From NCBI GenBank assembly GCA_021432655.1, contig MU271180.1, forward strand, positions 232,980 to 295,769: DNA of 62,790 bases, in the 5' to 3' direction. This DNA comes from Atractiella rhizophila. Its lineage: Eukaryota. Below the pieces are notes generated by a model. The model was not told the origin of the DNA. It was given only the letters and a program-made list of their open reading frames with translations, and did no database searches. Shown in pieces: positions 36,165 through 48,500 of this stretch (position 1 is the stretch's first letter; each line of letters opens with the position of its first letter). The position numbers were made by a program, and so were the translations under genes.

Positions 36165-37080
36165 TCACTCGTCTTCATCCTTAATGAGGCCCATCTCCAA
36201 CTCCGGTTCCACCTCCCGATCCCTAAACATAACATCATCGAGCTCCATCGCCATCTCCGGGTTCACAAAATGGGGATTATCCAACACTAGCGGGCTGCCC
36301 AACTTGGCCTGACTTTCTTTCAAATGCGGCTTCCCCCTCCCCAAGTTAAATCCTCCGTTCCTCCCACTTCCTTCCGCTTCCACTGGGTCTAAATCTAAAC
36401 CTAAAGAAGAGGTGACGGGCGACGTCCTCTCTGCCTGCGCTTGGGGAGGGGACCAATCCGCTCCAGCGCTCGGTGGAGGACTCGAAGGTGGGCCGATCGA
36501 GGAGGGTGACGGTGCTGGAGGGAGCAGATCATCATTCGAAACGTCCGTCTTGATCCCTAACAGCCTTCGCAGCTCCCTATTCTCCTTTTCAAACCTGTGC
36601 CTCTCGCTCTCTCGCTCTAAAGTGCTGTCGTATTTCGTCAGTACGCCAGTCGAGCCGATGTACCCCAACTGAGCCTGATTCAGGTTTTGTATCGAATGCG
36701 AGGTTTGCAAAGGTGCCGTCTTTGCGCGTTGAGGTGACGTCGGCGCATGGAGTGGAGACGTGATCGGAGACAGGGGTTCGTCGTCCTCTCCCTCGAATTC
36801 CTAGTCGTTCAACGACCGCATCGTTTTCCTCAACAAAGTCGAGAGACGGTCCAACGATCGCTTCATCTCAGGCGGGAGCCCAGAAACGGATGCCGTCGAT
36901 CCTCTCCGCTCTAAATTGGATTGCTGGAGCTGTTGAGCGGATGGCGCCGACGCAGGTGAATCGTAAATCTGTGAAGAAGACGGGGAGAGAAGCCGTTGGG
37001 CTGGTTTTGTTCTTTGGAAGGTTCTCGTTCGTGTTCGAATTGGGAGTTGTAGGGGGAAGTGGTGAGGCTTGTTGCTGCAT
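36165..37080 (-). pseudogene. Hypothetical coiled-coil protein, frameshifted and probably truncated
   Basis: Broken ORFs including LERESERHRFEKENRELRRLLGI; 3' part duplicated at 12568-12912. Confidence 0.4.
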
Positions 37081-37427
37081 GTAATTGAGGAGAAGTGATT
37101 CGTAATGGCGGTGAAGTGCAAGTTCATGTTGTTGCGTTGAATGCTAGGGGAACACATCAGCACAATGTTCATGTTTGTCAGTTCTTAGTTTTGAAAAATC
37201 CTTCAAAATTCCACACCGCAATGTCTTTTCTAACCTCTAATCCCCAGCTTTGGATAATCATCTTCCTCTCACATGTGCCATTAAATAACAAAGGAGACAC
37301 GACTTTCATAATCAACTGGCAAAGGAAATCTTAGCGCCGTGCACGGGTTTACGCTGAAAATGAATAATCAGAAGCACTCATTGTTAGTGGTCCCCAGCAC
37401 CTCTATTTTCAACTAGTAATGATAACT

Positions 37428-37597
37428 GCAGGTTGCGCTGCAATGGTCTGAAGTTTACGGGCATCTTTCTTGGCGGCTCCTTGTTAATATTCTGGCTTTG
37501 CGACGCGACGGTAGAAACAAGTGGTGCCTGGATCGTATCCTCTTCAATTTTGTTGCCTTCAGATCAGATGGAATGAAATGACTTGGTCCGAACTTCT
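37428..37597 (-). pseudogene. Remnant of a kinase 5' end, homologous to ~48422-48641
   Basis: gcaggttgcgctgcaatggtctgaagtttac and gaaatgacttggtccgaacttct are shared with the 5' end of copy E; interrupted by the LTR at 37598. Confidence 0.75.
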
Positions 37598-38022
37598 TGT
37601 CAGGTTTGCATCTTACGCAAATCGGCGCCCGTTCGCCGGATTGCGTCTCCTATCGCCCATTTGCGTTCCCTGCTAATCGGCGCCCGTCGCCACTGCGTCT
37701 CCCGTCGCCTATTTACACGCAGTGCAAAACGGCGCCCGTTCGCCCGTTCTCCCGTTCTCCCGTTCGCCCATTAGCACCTACATCACCACTTAGCCCAATT
37801 GTGCCTATCCTCCTCTCATTAACTCCGCGTAATCCCACTGTCACTTCCCTTTTAGTTCTCTTACAGGTTTCATCTGCTCTCCTCTACACTCTGTGGCAGT
37901 GTTATTCCGCTTGTATATATAGATCAGAGAGTAGTGGAGGTGACCTTAGAGTATTCTCTTAGGTTTATCTCCACTACAGACGCATCGCCCGTCGGCGACC
38001 GCACATAGTGTCAGCCGTAACA
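37598..38022 (+). mobile_element. Solo LTR without matching TSD
   Basis: TGTCAGG...CGTAACA; TATATATA box; expanded cgcccgtt repeats; flanks CTTCT/ACACA. Confidence 0.85.
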
Positions 38023-38062
38023 ACACATTACAAACCAGCTGCAACTGAGACATTGAGTGAAG

Positions 38063-38411
38063 CGTTAGGGCTGACACTATGTGCGGTCGCCGATAGGCGA
38101 TGCGTCTGTAGTGGAGATAAACCTAAGAGCATGATATGACATGAAGACTAACCTGTAGTGGAGATAAACCTAAGAGAATACTCTAAGGTCACCTCCACTA
38201 CTCTCTGATCTATATATACAAGCGGAATAACACTGCCACAAAGCGTAGAGGAGAGCAGATGAAACATGTAAGAGAACTAAAAAGGAAGTGACAGTGGGAG
38301 TATGTGGAGTTAATAAGAGGAGGATAGGCACAATTGGGCTAAGTGGTGATGTAGGTGCAAATGGGCGAACGGGCGAACGGGCGCCGATTTGCGTAAGATG
38401 CAAACCTGACA
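38063..38411 (-). mobile_element. Solo LTR with 5-bp TSD TGAAG
   Basis: TGAAG at 38058-62 and 38412-16; reads CGTTAGG...CCTGACA with the terminal base mutated. Confidence 0.92.
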
Positions 38412-38951
38412 TGAAGCTGTCAATGTTGCCTTGTTGTATGAGGTGGTATTTTACGTGCTGATTATGGAAATGTGCTGATAACTTGAGGGAAAAGGATTTC
38501 AATTCACTGGCTCAGTATGATCCTCAGCTGGCCGCTACATCTGTAGATGTTACATGCAGCATTGAGAATCTGGTCAATACCTTCACCTTCATCCATACCA
38601 AACCTGATCCGTTGTGGTACAAGGTCAATGGAAAGCCGGTTATGAAGAAAATTGAGGTACCACTACCAATGCGACAAGAAAGTGCCGGATGCTGTTGAGA
38701 GGAGTTTCCATCAGTGTGCAATGGACATTTCCGCAGTCCCAGGTAAGTACTTAGTTCTCAATCTGCTCATGCAGCTCACATGAACATCAGCACACACGGC
38801 CAACATATCGAACGTAGCTTCTCAGATGGCAGATGGAGGGGAAATTGCCTCTTTTCTCCGCCTTTCAATGAAAGACAAGACTTTCCGCTCTGAGACCATG
38901 TTAAGATTGTGGCACAAGCAGGGCATCCTCCCAGTTTGCCTGGGCTTATAG
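38412..38951 (+). pseudogene. 3' fragment of an older hAT-like transposase (dimerisation region), possibly continuing at 42941-43020
   Basis: PDPLWYKVNG..EEFPSV..SERSFSDG motifs; interrupted by the younger hAT element. Confidence 0.5.
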
Positions 38952-39324
38952 CAGTGCTCCCACCATTACATTACAAAAAAATATATATGCAAGTAATGTA
39001 ATGCAACTTACATTAAATTTTAATGTAATTTTCACTGCTCGTAATGCATTACATCTGTAAGCACATTATGATTACAGGCCTGTCGAAAATATAGATTATA
39101 ATCATTATAATCTCATAGTGTAATGCGCAACTCAGCTTTCTTATAGCCTTTTGAGTGACCAATCTAACATCTACTGCCTGGAGTTCCGGCGTGACAATGT
39201 TCTGGGTTCTCAACTTCTCAGCATATGACAATCCCCTGCGGTTTCTTAGAATTTCGGAATCTTTGAACTGTCAACGTTCAGAATCAGAATCATTCCATAT
39301 AAAGTGTTTTTATTAGCACCCACC

Positions 39325-42300
39325 ATGACCAAGACCCACCGACATCTACCCCTCCTCCCACACAACCAGCTGCTATGGCGACTTTGACCCCAGTGCGGCA
39401 TTCTTCAAGGCCCAATCTTGGGACAAGCCCTATGGATCGTTCGATTTACACAGAGGATTCTCCTCCCTTGCCTCACCGTGTTTCTCTATCACTTTCAACA
39501 CCTAGTCACAACTCCTCTCCGACCTCAAGGCATTCTGCAACTCGAAGGATTCCTTCTCAGGTTAGTCCCAAATCTCATTGACTTCGAGCTTGTTGGTGAA
39601 TTGTGGGTATAGAATGTCCAAGGAAGTAGTGGGTCACCACTGATTCTAAGTGATTTGGAGCATTCCGTTACACAGATACCAGTTAAGGAAGCAGTATGTT
39701 CTCATGTCATATCTGATTTCAGTGTCTTATTCAATCAGCTATCGCCGTGGATTCCAAAGCGCTCTACCCTTGCTGCTAGGAGAGAGGCGCTCCAACCACA
39801 GCTGAAGAAGAAAGTAGGTTTTTGTTCATTGATTTCTTAGAGTTTCAAGTTAATTGATGGACGTGTAGAATGATACCTCAGCAGCAAAGAAGGACAAGAG
39901 AAAGCGTCGGCAGCCTCATACAGAGGAGGATGAATCTGAGGAGGAACTAGTGGCAGGCAACAAAATTGTATGTTTTTCTTTTTTCAGCAAATCCACATCA
40001 TACTAATATATAACCCTGTGAGAAGCAGACTGCGGTCAAGCTACCGAAGGGGAAGAGTTGGATGGAAGTGCACACAAGATTGAACAAGATTTCTGCCCCA
40101 GTGTTAGGGCGGACACTATGTGCGGTCGCCGATAGGCGATGCGTCTGTAGTGGAGATAAACCTAAGAGCATGATATGACATGAAGACTAACCTGTAGTGG
40201 AGATAAACCTAAGAGAATACTCTAAGGTCACCTCCACTACTCTCTGATCTATATATACAAGCGGAATAACACTGCCACAAAGCGTAGAGGAGAGCAGATG
40301 AAACATGTAAGAGAACTAAAAAGGAAGTGACAGTGGGAGTATGTGGAGTTAATAAGAGGAGGATAGGCACAATTGGGCTAAGTGGTGAAGTAGGTGCAAA
40401 TGGGCGAACAGGCGCCGATTTGCGTAAGATGCAAACCTGACACCCAGATGATTCTGAGGATGAGGAACTGGAGCGGAAGAAACCAAAGACAGAAAGCCGG
40501 AGAAGCTATGGTAGTGGTCAACTACAAATACTAGATCTCTACAAGGTGCGCAGATTGTCAGGGTTATGTGGTGGAGTGACTGAGCGATGTTCCCGGTGTT
40601 TAGTGGGTTGGAGGAACCAAATGGGAGGATTCTACTGAAGACAAACCTGCTGAATTCACCTGCAGGCAATGTGGGTACATCGGGCCTGTTGCTCTGGAAG
40701 GTTCTCAGTTCCGAAACTAATATGCTCTGTAGAAAGAAACGGAGTATGTCCACAAAGAGGTACTCTAATTGCAATAGTCATCTGCATGACTACCAAAACT
40801 GACACCTTGCAATTCAAATTGTCGGTCATGATCCACCTCCTCTCCCTGCTTCAAAGGTCCCAAAATCAGCACCCGGAGATCCATCTACCTTCGAAACCTT
40901 CAAGCTAGTTCCAAAGAAAGAAGTTGACCGCTTCTTCCGGAAAATGGTTGAGTGGATTATTCGGAGAGATCATGCATGGACTGTTGTTGAAGAAAATGAG
41001 CTTGAGCAAGCTATCAAGCTCCTGAAGCTATTGATGAAACTATAAGGTTCCACGATGGCAAGAAAGTGGGCTAGAAGATTATATGATGCATTGAAGGAGC
41101 AGGTGCAGAAAGAGTTGGACGAATTGATGGTATTTTCTTTTACAATGTTAGTCATTAGCTCACTTGCCTTAAAGGAGGACGATAAAGTTCACCTTGAGAC
41201 TGACATCTGGACCAGCCTGGGACAGATGCACATGATCATGGGGACGATTGGGCATTTCATCGATCAAGACTGGAATCGAAAGCGAAGGGTCCTTCGAGCA
41301 ACAGTGTTTCAAGAGTCGCATACTGTGCCGATGTTGGCAAAGCAATTAACGAAAGTTATTACCAATCATAATCTTGTGAAGAAGTTTGGTTTGTTTTTAT
41401 TCCTTTGTTTCACTTTGTCCTGACAGTAGGGGCACAGGAAATATCACTGAAGATTCCTGCTCTGTCAATCTCACCTCACTTCCTTTCCTTTCCACCCAAT
41501 TAAAAGTACAGCACAAGACACTTTGGGACCCAGATGACAACCACTCTTGGTGTGCAGCCCATGTCGTCAACCTTGCAGCCCAAGATGCAATTGCTGCCGC
41601 TGGAGTTGGACCTTTGTCTGATGAGATTGATGTCTATATGCTTGATAAGCAGTTGGGGGTTCTCACGAAGATTGTGAGGAAGCAACAGAAAAGCCAAAGG
41701 AGAAGGGGAAGGGGAAGGATAAGGATAACTCTGAGAAGAAATCTTTGGAGAATGTGGCCTGGCTTGTGATGAGGAAGGCTGGTCTGAAGCTGAGTCTGGT
41801 GATTGGGATACAGAACAACCTCAGCCTCTGCTTGTACAGGCAACTGGCATAATCAAGCAGTAGAAATGGAGTGTACAGGATAAGGTACGTTATTTTGTTT
41901 CATCAGGCAGCTTGATTAACTAGTAACATAGATTGTCAAAATCTCAAAGGCCATTCGGCGGACACATGGACGACGGAAGGCATTCCTCAAGGTTTCACAG
42001 AAACATTCGAAGCCAAAGGATCAGAATCTTCTCCTGCTCAAGAACAATACGACACGCTGGAACTCTACAAATAAGACCCTCCAATGTGCTTTGAGATTGT
42101 GGAAGGTATGACATTGAGCTTGAGTATTGATCTACCCAGTTAACTGCGTATATACTCTCATTAGGCAATTCACCACTTTTGTGATCTACCCTGGAGAGCA
42201 TTCTACAAGTATTGTCCTACTGAAGAGGAATAGAAGGAAATTAGGACTATGTCAGAGGGCCTTACTGTTTGTTGTTTCCTTGTTATCATATTGTCTGCTA

Positions 42301-42780
42301 ACTCGTTCCTCCGGCAGCCATTCCAGACAGTAACCGATGACCTTCAGGGCAATGACGTATTCCTTGGTGACATCCTGCCAGCTTTTCAACACCTTAATAT
42401 TACCCTCTCGGGGTTTCAGAAGGATGAGGCCATGTCGTTCTTCCATCCAAGTGTCGAGGCAGCTCAAAAGAAGCTGCTTAAGTACTATGACGAAATGCGG
42501 AAGCGGAGGAACTACATTCTTTCTACTGTTTGGCCACAATCTTGATCTCTGCAAGAAGCCCTGCTCATGATATCACAGCCTGTCATCCTGGGCACCGTCT
42601 TGACTTCTTCCGTGACAATTATGGTGAATCAGCCTTTCAGCGTGCTGAGGGGATCTTGAAAATGAATTCCATATTAACTCTGAGACACGAATGGCGATAC
42701 AGGAGCACACACTGGCTGAGACACTTACAAGCAAGGCTTGGATGCTACAGGGAGTTGGGATCCCAGAAGAATGGTAGTGG
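39325..42780 (+). pseudogene. hAT transposase pseudogene (boundaries approximate)
   Basis: ETDIWTS..IGHFIDQDW, WCAAHVVNLAAQDA, TTRWNST, KLLKYY, HPGHRLDFF; stops, frameshifts and an LTR insertion. Confidence 0.85.
40102..40442 (-). mobile_element. Solo LTR, 341 bp, with 5-bp TSD CCCAG, inserted in the hAT transposase
   Basis: CCCAG at 40097-101 and 40443-47; TGTTAGG...CCTGACA; nearly identical to 38063-38411. Confidence 0.95.
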
Positions 42781-43865
42781 GTAATTTAGGCATTATAATG
42801 CTTAGAATCTAATGCAATTACAATTACGGTAAAGCGGGCAGTGGACAAAGTAATATTGATTAAATTATAAGCCCCAAGGAGCACATTATGCTTGCTCAAA
42901 TTACATGACATTACATTATAATGTAATGGTGGGAGCGCTCACTTTTCGGGATGTTGAAGGCTGGGAAAGACCAAAGAAGAAGCAAAAGACCAATGAGAAG
43001 GAAGTGATATCCCTATGAGACTTCAGAGAACATTTAAAATTCAAATTGCGTTTTATTTTAACCCTAATCAGCAGTCAATTACAGCCACATTTACGCAACT
43101 TTGTCACCTTTGATACACCTCACCATGGGCTCCCCGCCTCCTCGTACGATTCCTCGCCGGGGGTACGGGGTCCCCGTCGAAGGAGACAAGGAGGGATTGC
43201 AGTCTGGACTTGGGGGTCACAAAACCACACGGTTACCCCCGCTTCCCCCTGCGGTGGACAGTGTCGATACCTTAGCGGTGGAGATATCCCTCCATGTACA
43301 TATCCAGAAGACCTAGGCAAAAGATCAGAGTGGCAGGTCCCAGAGGACTCTTTCAGCCACCCATTTCTTGTGACAATGAACCGTCGGAACGAAAGGCAGG
43401 AACAAAATGTGATAAAACAGAAGCAAAATGTAGTGCTGTGACTTCCGCCGTTATTCAGCCTTCCTCTGACCTCCCTTTGTTAGCTAACTATACAACAGGA
43501 GTGTAGTTTTTCCGTCCGAGAAAGCGCGCCGTAGTCATTCATTCAAGATGGTCGACATTCAAATGATCCATATGAGTATGGACGGTGGACATTCTCGGAA
43601 GCGTGAATGGAGGAGCTTGCTTGAAAGAGGGAATGTATATAAATTGAAAGGCTGTATTTTTACATCATGCAGTTAAATGTAAGCAATGTGGCAGGACTCC
43701 AATTCTGCACGTGCATTGGGAAACAACCGCATGGGAAAAAACCAACACAAAGCCCTGTTTTGGGATGCCACCGTGCTCTTACAAGGTAGGGTCAAAGTCG
43801 AACTCTTCAGAGGGATCACTGGTGTGGACGTTATACCTCGTTCAACTGATGGAGACGAAGGCAAC

Positions 43866-46212
43866 TTACAGCTTCCCATTAAATCTCTTCTTTCCCCGCT
43901 CCAAAGCGTCCACCATCTTTCCAACAATGTCCTTAACTACTGCTTTTTCATCGCATCCATCGGGAAAGAGCGGACGCCAATAAATGCCGTTTTCAATATC
44001 TTCCAACTGAAGTTGAAGTGGCCGAGTGAGTTCCCATAGTAGACGTGTGACGTGATCATGGCTCCAACGCCCATCGTCGACCAGATGTTGCCTCAGACGG
44101 TACGTAAAAGCTGGTAAACTGGTCGGTTTGGAAGTGTTGAGAAGAAGTAATTTCTCGTTAAAGGCACTTTTCAAAGTCAACCACGATTGGAGTGGATAGT
44201 CATCGTTCAGTGGAACAAATTTGACGCTGTGTATTGTTGAGGATTGTTCCTTTGCGGATTTAGCGCTCTGAAGTGTTGAGGATCGATCCTTTGCAGATTT
44301 GGCGCTATGAAGCGTTGAGGATCGTTCCTTCGCCGATTTGACGCTCTGATGTGCCGAGGATCGTTCATTCGCCTCGGCATTCTGTTCCAGGTCTTTGGAA
44401 CCACTGAAGGTCCTTCCAGACCCTTCTCCTGTTGGTGTGTCCGGCTTGCGGCTCCAATCTCGCCTCACCATCCGTCTTTTCGTGTCCAGATAGAAATTGC
44501 AGAAAAAGTTGATAACGCAATAGATTACGGACTCGACGTCATCCATAACCGACTGCTCGTATGCAGCGTCCTTCGTCATCAACGCTCTCAGTACGCATCG
44601 AGATAAGTATTGGAAGGTGCCCTTCATGACGGTCAACGAATCATCCTATGAAGGCGAGTGGCAAGCAACTCACTGAAAGTGGATGTGGCTTTGAAGCATG
44701 TTTGCCCCTGTTCTTCTCCTTTCGTATCGAGAAGTCGAAATCATTCAGCCATCCCACTACTAGAGCATTCCCGCCACCCGTATCCGTCTGGAATTCGCGA
44801 ATAAAGATGTTGGCATAGGAAACATCTCGATGGATAAAATCGTGATCGTGTAATATGGCTAATTCTGTCAGGAAGTTAAGCAAGCCCAAAACAAAATGGG
44901 AGCACGCACGAGTTAAGACACCTTTGAACGCGTCGAGCACATCGTCAAGACATTTAGCTGAAGAAAGAGGGAAGCCGGCCGTGGAATGGTAAATGAGGAC
45001 GGGAATTAGGTCTGTCTCCATGACCTCCGAAACATCGCCGTCATTCCAGAGAGCATTTTTGGACAGGATTTGTATGGTTGAAAGATTAGGCTGAGAAAGA
45101 ATGAGACGAGGAGCGTGTCGAAGCCATTCCAAATCCGTCGCATCCGCTGGCGATCCATCGAGCTTTCGTGGCGGTTGGTCCTTCCAAAGCTCCCTCCAAC
45201 CATTGAACTGCTTTACGTGCTCCTGCAACCTTTCCAACACGTCCTCCGTCAGCCACACATGCTTAATGATACCATACCCTCCTCCATCCAGCTCGCATAT
45301 CCAAACCTGCGTTCCTCTGCCGGCAATAGAATATGAACGAAATAGAATTTCCTGGACCCAGTTCACCATGAACTCGGAGCCATTGCCAACGACATGCCAT
45401 CCGTTCAGACATCCGTTTAGGTCCAGTTTAAATTTATGATTGGGACTTGGAACGAATTGGTAAGGAAGAAGCATAGTGGACGACGGCGTGGTTGCAGATG
45501 AGGACGCTGGCTGGACTGAAGGCACGCGGACGCTAGGCGACCTGACGCGGGACCTTGAGTCGGAAGAGTAATTCGTGAAGCCTGGCTCCTCAGTTCGAGA
45601 ACAACTGCCTACCTCCCAGGTGAAGTGCCACGCTGGGTCGTGATCAAAGATGTTGAGAAATCCGATCTGTTCCTCGCTCGCTTTCGCAAACTGTGCGATG
45701 ATCTGTGCGACTTCTTTGAAGTGGTCTTCGAGGAGTTTTGGTTTTCCCTGAAAGTGCCCACCACGCATACTATTAACCCAAGAGTAATGATTATCTCCAG
45801 CCGTATCAATCAACAGAGTCCAGACAAAACAGCGAGGTCTCGCCCCGAGAGTGTAAGCGGCGTTTCGTGCTAGTTGTGTGTTCCCATCCGAAGCAGCACA
45901 CTGAAGTTCGTCTCTGAATTCTAATGCCAGCGATATGTTCGAGTACGCCTTAACAGGAGGGTTGATCTCATGGTGGACCAGGATTCCGTTTGAAGAATCC
46001 CTGTTCGATGGATTCTCTGATAATTGCATTGCTGGATCACCTTTGCTGTATCTGGACTTTTCCTTGCGCGCGACCTGGAGCACCGCGACTTCATTCATGG
46101 TGCTCAGTCAACTGTGAATTACGCACGCGATACAGCTCGTCCATCCAAGTTTTAATCGAGTTCTCATCCTTCCAATCCGCTGCGTTATACGTCGTTACCT
46201 CGGGTGACAGTA
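43866..46212 (-). CDS. FunK1-type kinase unit D (core plus C-terminus, lacks N-terminus)
   Basis: Uninterrupted 485-aa ORF with GRGTQVW, HRDVSYAN, GWLNDFDFS; last exon ends GKKRFNGKL*. Confidence 0.85.
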
Positions 46213-48500
46213 ATGTTGCCTCAGACGGTACGTAAAAGCTGGTAAACTGGTCGGTTTGGAAGTGTTGAGAAGAAGTAATTTCTCGTTAAAGGCACTTTTC
46301 AAAGTCAACCACGATTGCAGTGGATAGTCACCGTTCAGTGGAACAAATTTGACGCTGTGAATTGTTGAGGATTGTTCCTCTGCGGATTTAGCGCTCTGAA
46401 GTGTTGGGGATCGATCCTTTGCAGATTTGGCTCTATGAAGCGTTGAGGATCGTTCCTTCGCCGATTTGACGCTCTGATGTGCCGAGGATCGTTCATTCGC
46501 CTCGCCATTCTGTTCCAGGTCCTTGGAACCACTGAAGGTCCTTCCAGACCCTTCTCCTGTTGGTGTGTCCAGCTTGCGGCTCCAATCTCGCCTCACCATC
46601 CGTCTTTTCGTGTCCAGATAGAAATTGCAGAAAAAGTTGATAACGCAATAGATTACGGACTCGACGTCATCCATAACCGACTGCTCGTATGCAGCGTCCT
46701 TCGTCATCAACGCTCTTAGTACGCATCGAGATAAGTATTGGAAGGTGCCCTTCATGACGTTCAACGAATCATCCTATGAAGGCGAGTGGCAAGCAACTCA
46801 CTGAAAGTGGATGTGGCTTTGAAGCATGTTTGCCCCTGTTCTTCTCCTTTCGTATCGAGAAGTCGAAATCATTCAGCCATCCCACTACTAGAGCATTCCT
46901 GCCACCCGTGTCCGTCTGGAATTCGCGAATAAAGATGTTGGCATAGGAAACATCTCGATGGATAAAATCGTGATCGTGTAATATGGCTAATTCTGTTAGG
47001 AGGTTAAGCAAGCCCGAAACAAAATGGGAGCACGCACGAGTTAAGACACCTTTGAACGCGTCGAGCACATCGTCAAGACATTTAGCTGAAGAAAGAGGGA
47101 AGCCGGCCGTGGAATGGTAAATGAGGACGGGAATTAGGTCAGTCTCCATGACCTCCGAAACATCGCCGTCATTCCAGAGAGCATTTTTGGACAGGATTTT
47201 TATGGTTGAAAGATTAGGCTGAGAAAGAATGACACGAGGAGCGTGTCGAAGCCATTCCAAATCCGTCGCATCCGCTGGCGATCCATCGAGCTTTCGTGGC
47301 GGTTGGTCCTTCCAAAGCTCCCTCCAACCATTGAACTGCTTTACGTGCTCCTGCAACCTTTCCAACACGTCCTCCGTCAGCCACACATGCTTAATGATAC
47401 CATACCCTCCTCCATCCAGCTCGCATATCCAAACCTGCGTTCCTCTGCCGGCAATAGAATATGAACGAAATAGAATTTCCTGGACCCAGTTCACCATGAA
47501 CTCGGAGCCATTGCCAACGACATGCCATCCGTTCAGACATCCGTTTAGGTCCAGTTTAAATTTATGATTGGGACTTGGAACGAATTGGTAAGGAAGAAGC
47601 ATAGTGGACGACGGCGTGGTTGCAGATGAGGACGCTGGCTGGACTGAAGGCACGCGGACGCTAGGCGACCTGACGCGGGACCTTGAGTCGGAAGAGTAAT
47701 TCGTGAAGTCTGGCTCCTCAGTTCGAGAACAACTGCCTACCTCCCAGGTGAAGTGCCACGCTGGGTCGTGATCAAAGATGTTGAGAAATCCGATCTGTTC
47801 CTCGCTCGCTTTCGCAAACTGTGCGATGATCTGTGCGACTTCTTTGAAGTGGTCTTCGAGGAGTTTTGGTTTTCCCTGAAAGTGCCCACCACGCATACTA
47901 TTAACCCAAGAGTAATGATTATCTCCAGCCGTATCAATCAACAGAGTCCAGACAAAACAGCGAGGTCTCGCCCCGAGAGTGTAAGCGGCGTTTCGTGCTA
48001 GTTGTGTGTTCCCATCCGAAGCAGCACACTGAAGTTCGTCTCTGAATTCTAATGCCAGCGATATGTTCGAGTACGCCTTAACAGGAGGGTTGATCTCATG
48101 GTGGACCAGGATTCCGTTTGAAGAATCCCTGTTCGATGGATTCTCTGATAATTGCATTACTGGATCACCTTTGCTGTATCTGGACTTTTCCTTGAGCGCG
48201 ACCTGGAGCACCGCGACTTCATTCATGGTGCTCAGTCAACTGTGAATTACTCACGCGATACAGCTCGTCCATCCAAGTTTTAATCGAGTTCTCATCCTTC
48301 CAGTCCGCTGCGTTATACGTCGTTAGCTCGGGTGACAGTTCGACCTCAGGTATGTCTATGTTTGGACGTAGATCCTCCAACACCACAACGGCTGATTCCA
48401 AGTCGAGTTGTTCACCTAGTGGCAGGTTGCGCTGCAATGGTCTGAAGTTTACAGGCATCCTTCTTGGCGTTGCCCCTTGTTAATGTTCTGGCTTTGGGTG
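46195..48500 (-). CDS. FunK1-type kinase unit E (N-terminus plus core, truncated at the duplication junction)
   Basis: 2128-bp direct repeat of ~44085-46212; reading ends RLRQHYCHPR* across the junction. Confidence 0.85.

Larger units (their letters stand above)
38952..42940 (+). mobile_element. hAT DNA transposon with ~22-bp TIRs
   Basis: CAGTGCTCCCACCATTACATTA ... TAATGTAATGGTGGGAGCGCTC (20/22); subterminal ATTAC/GTAAT repeats; flanks GCTTATAG/ACTTTTCG (5/8, possibly a decayed 8-bp TSD). Confidence 0.85.

Noticed and set aside
9342..38022. The two + strand LTRs as ends of one giant retroelement
   Set aside because: The LTRs are diverged, outer flanks TTATT/ACACA do not match, and there is no pol between them.
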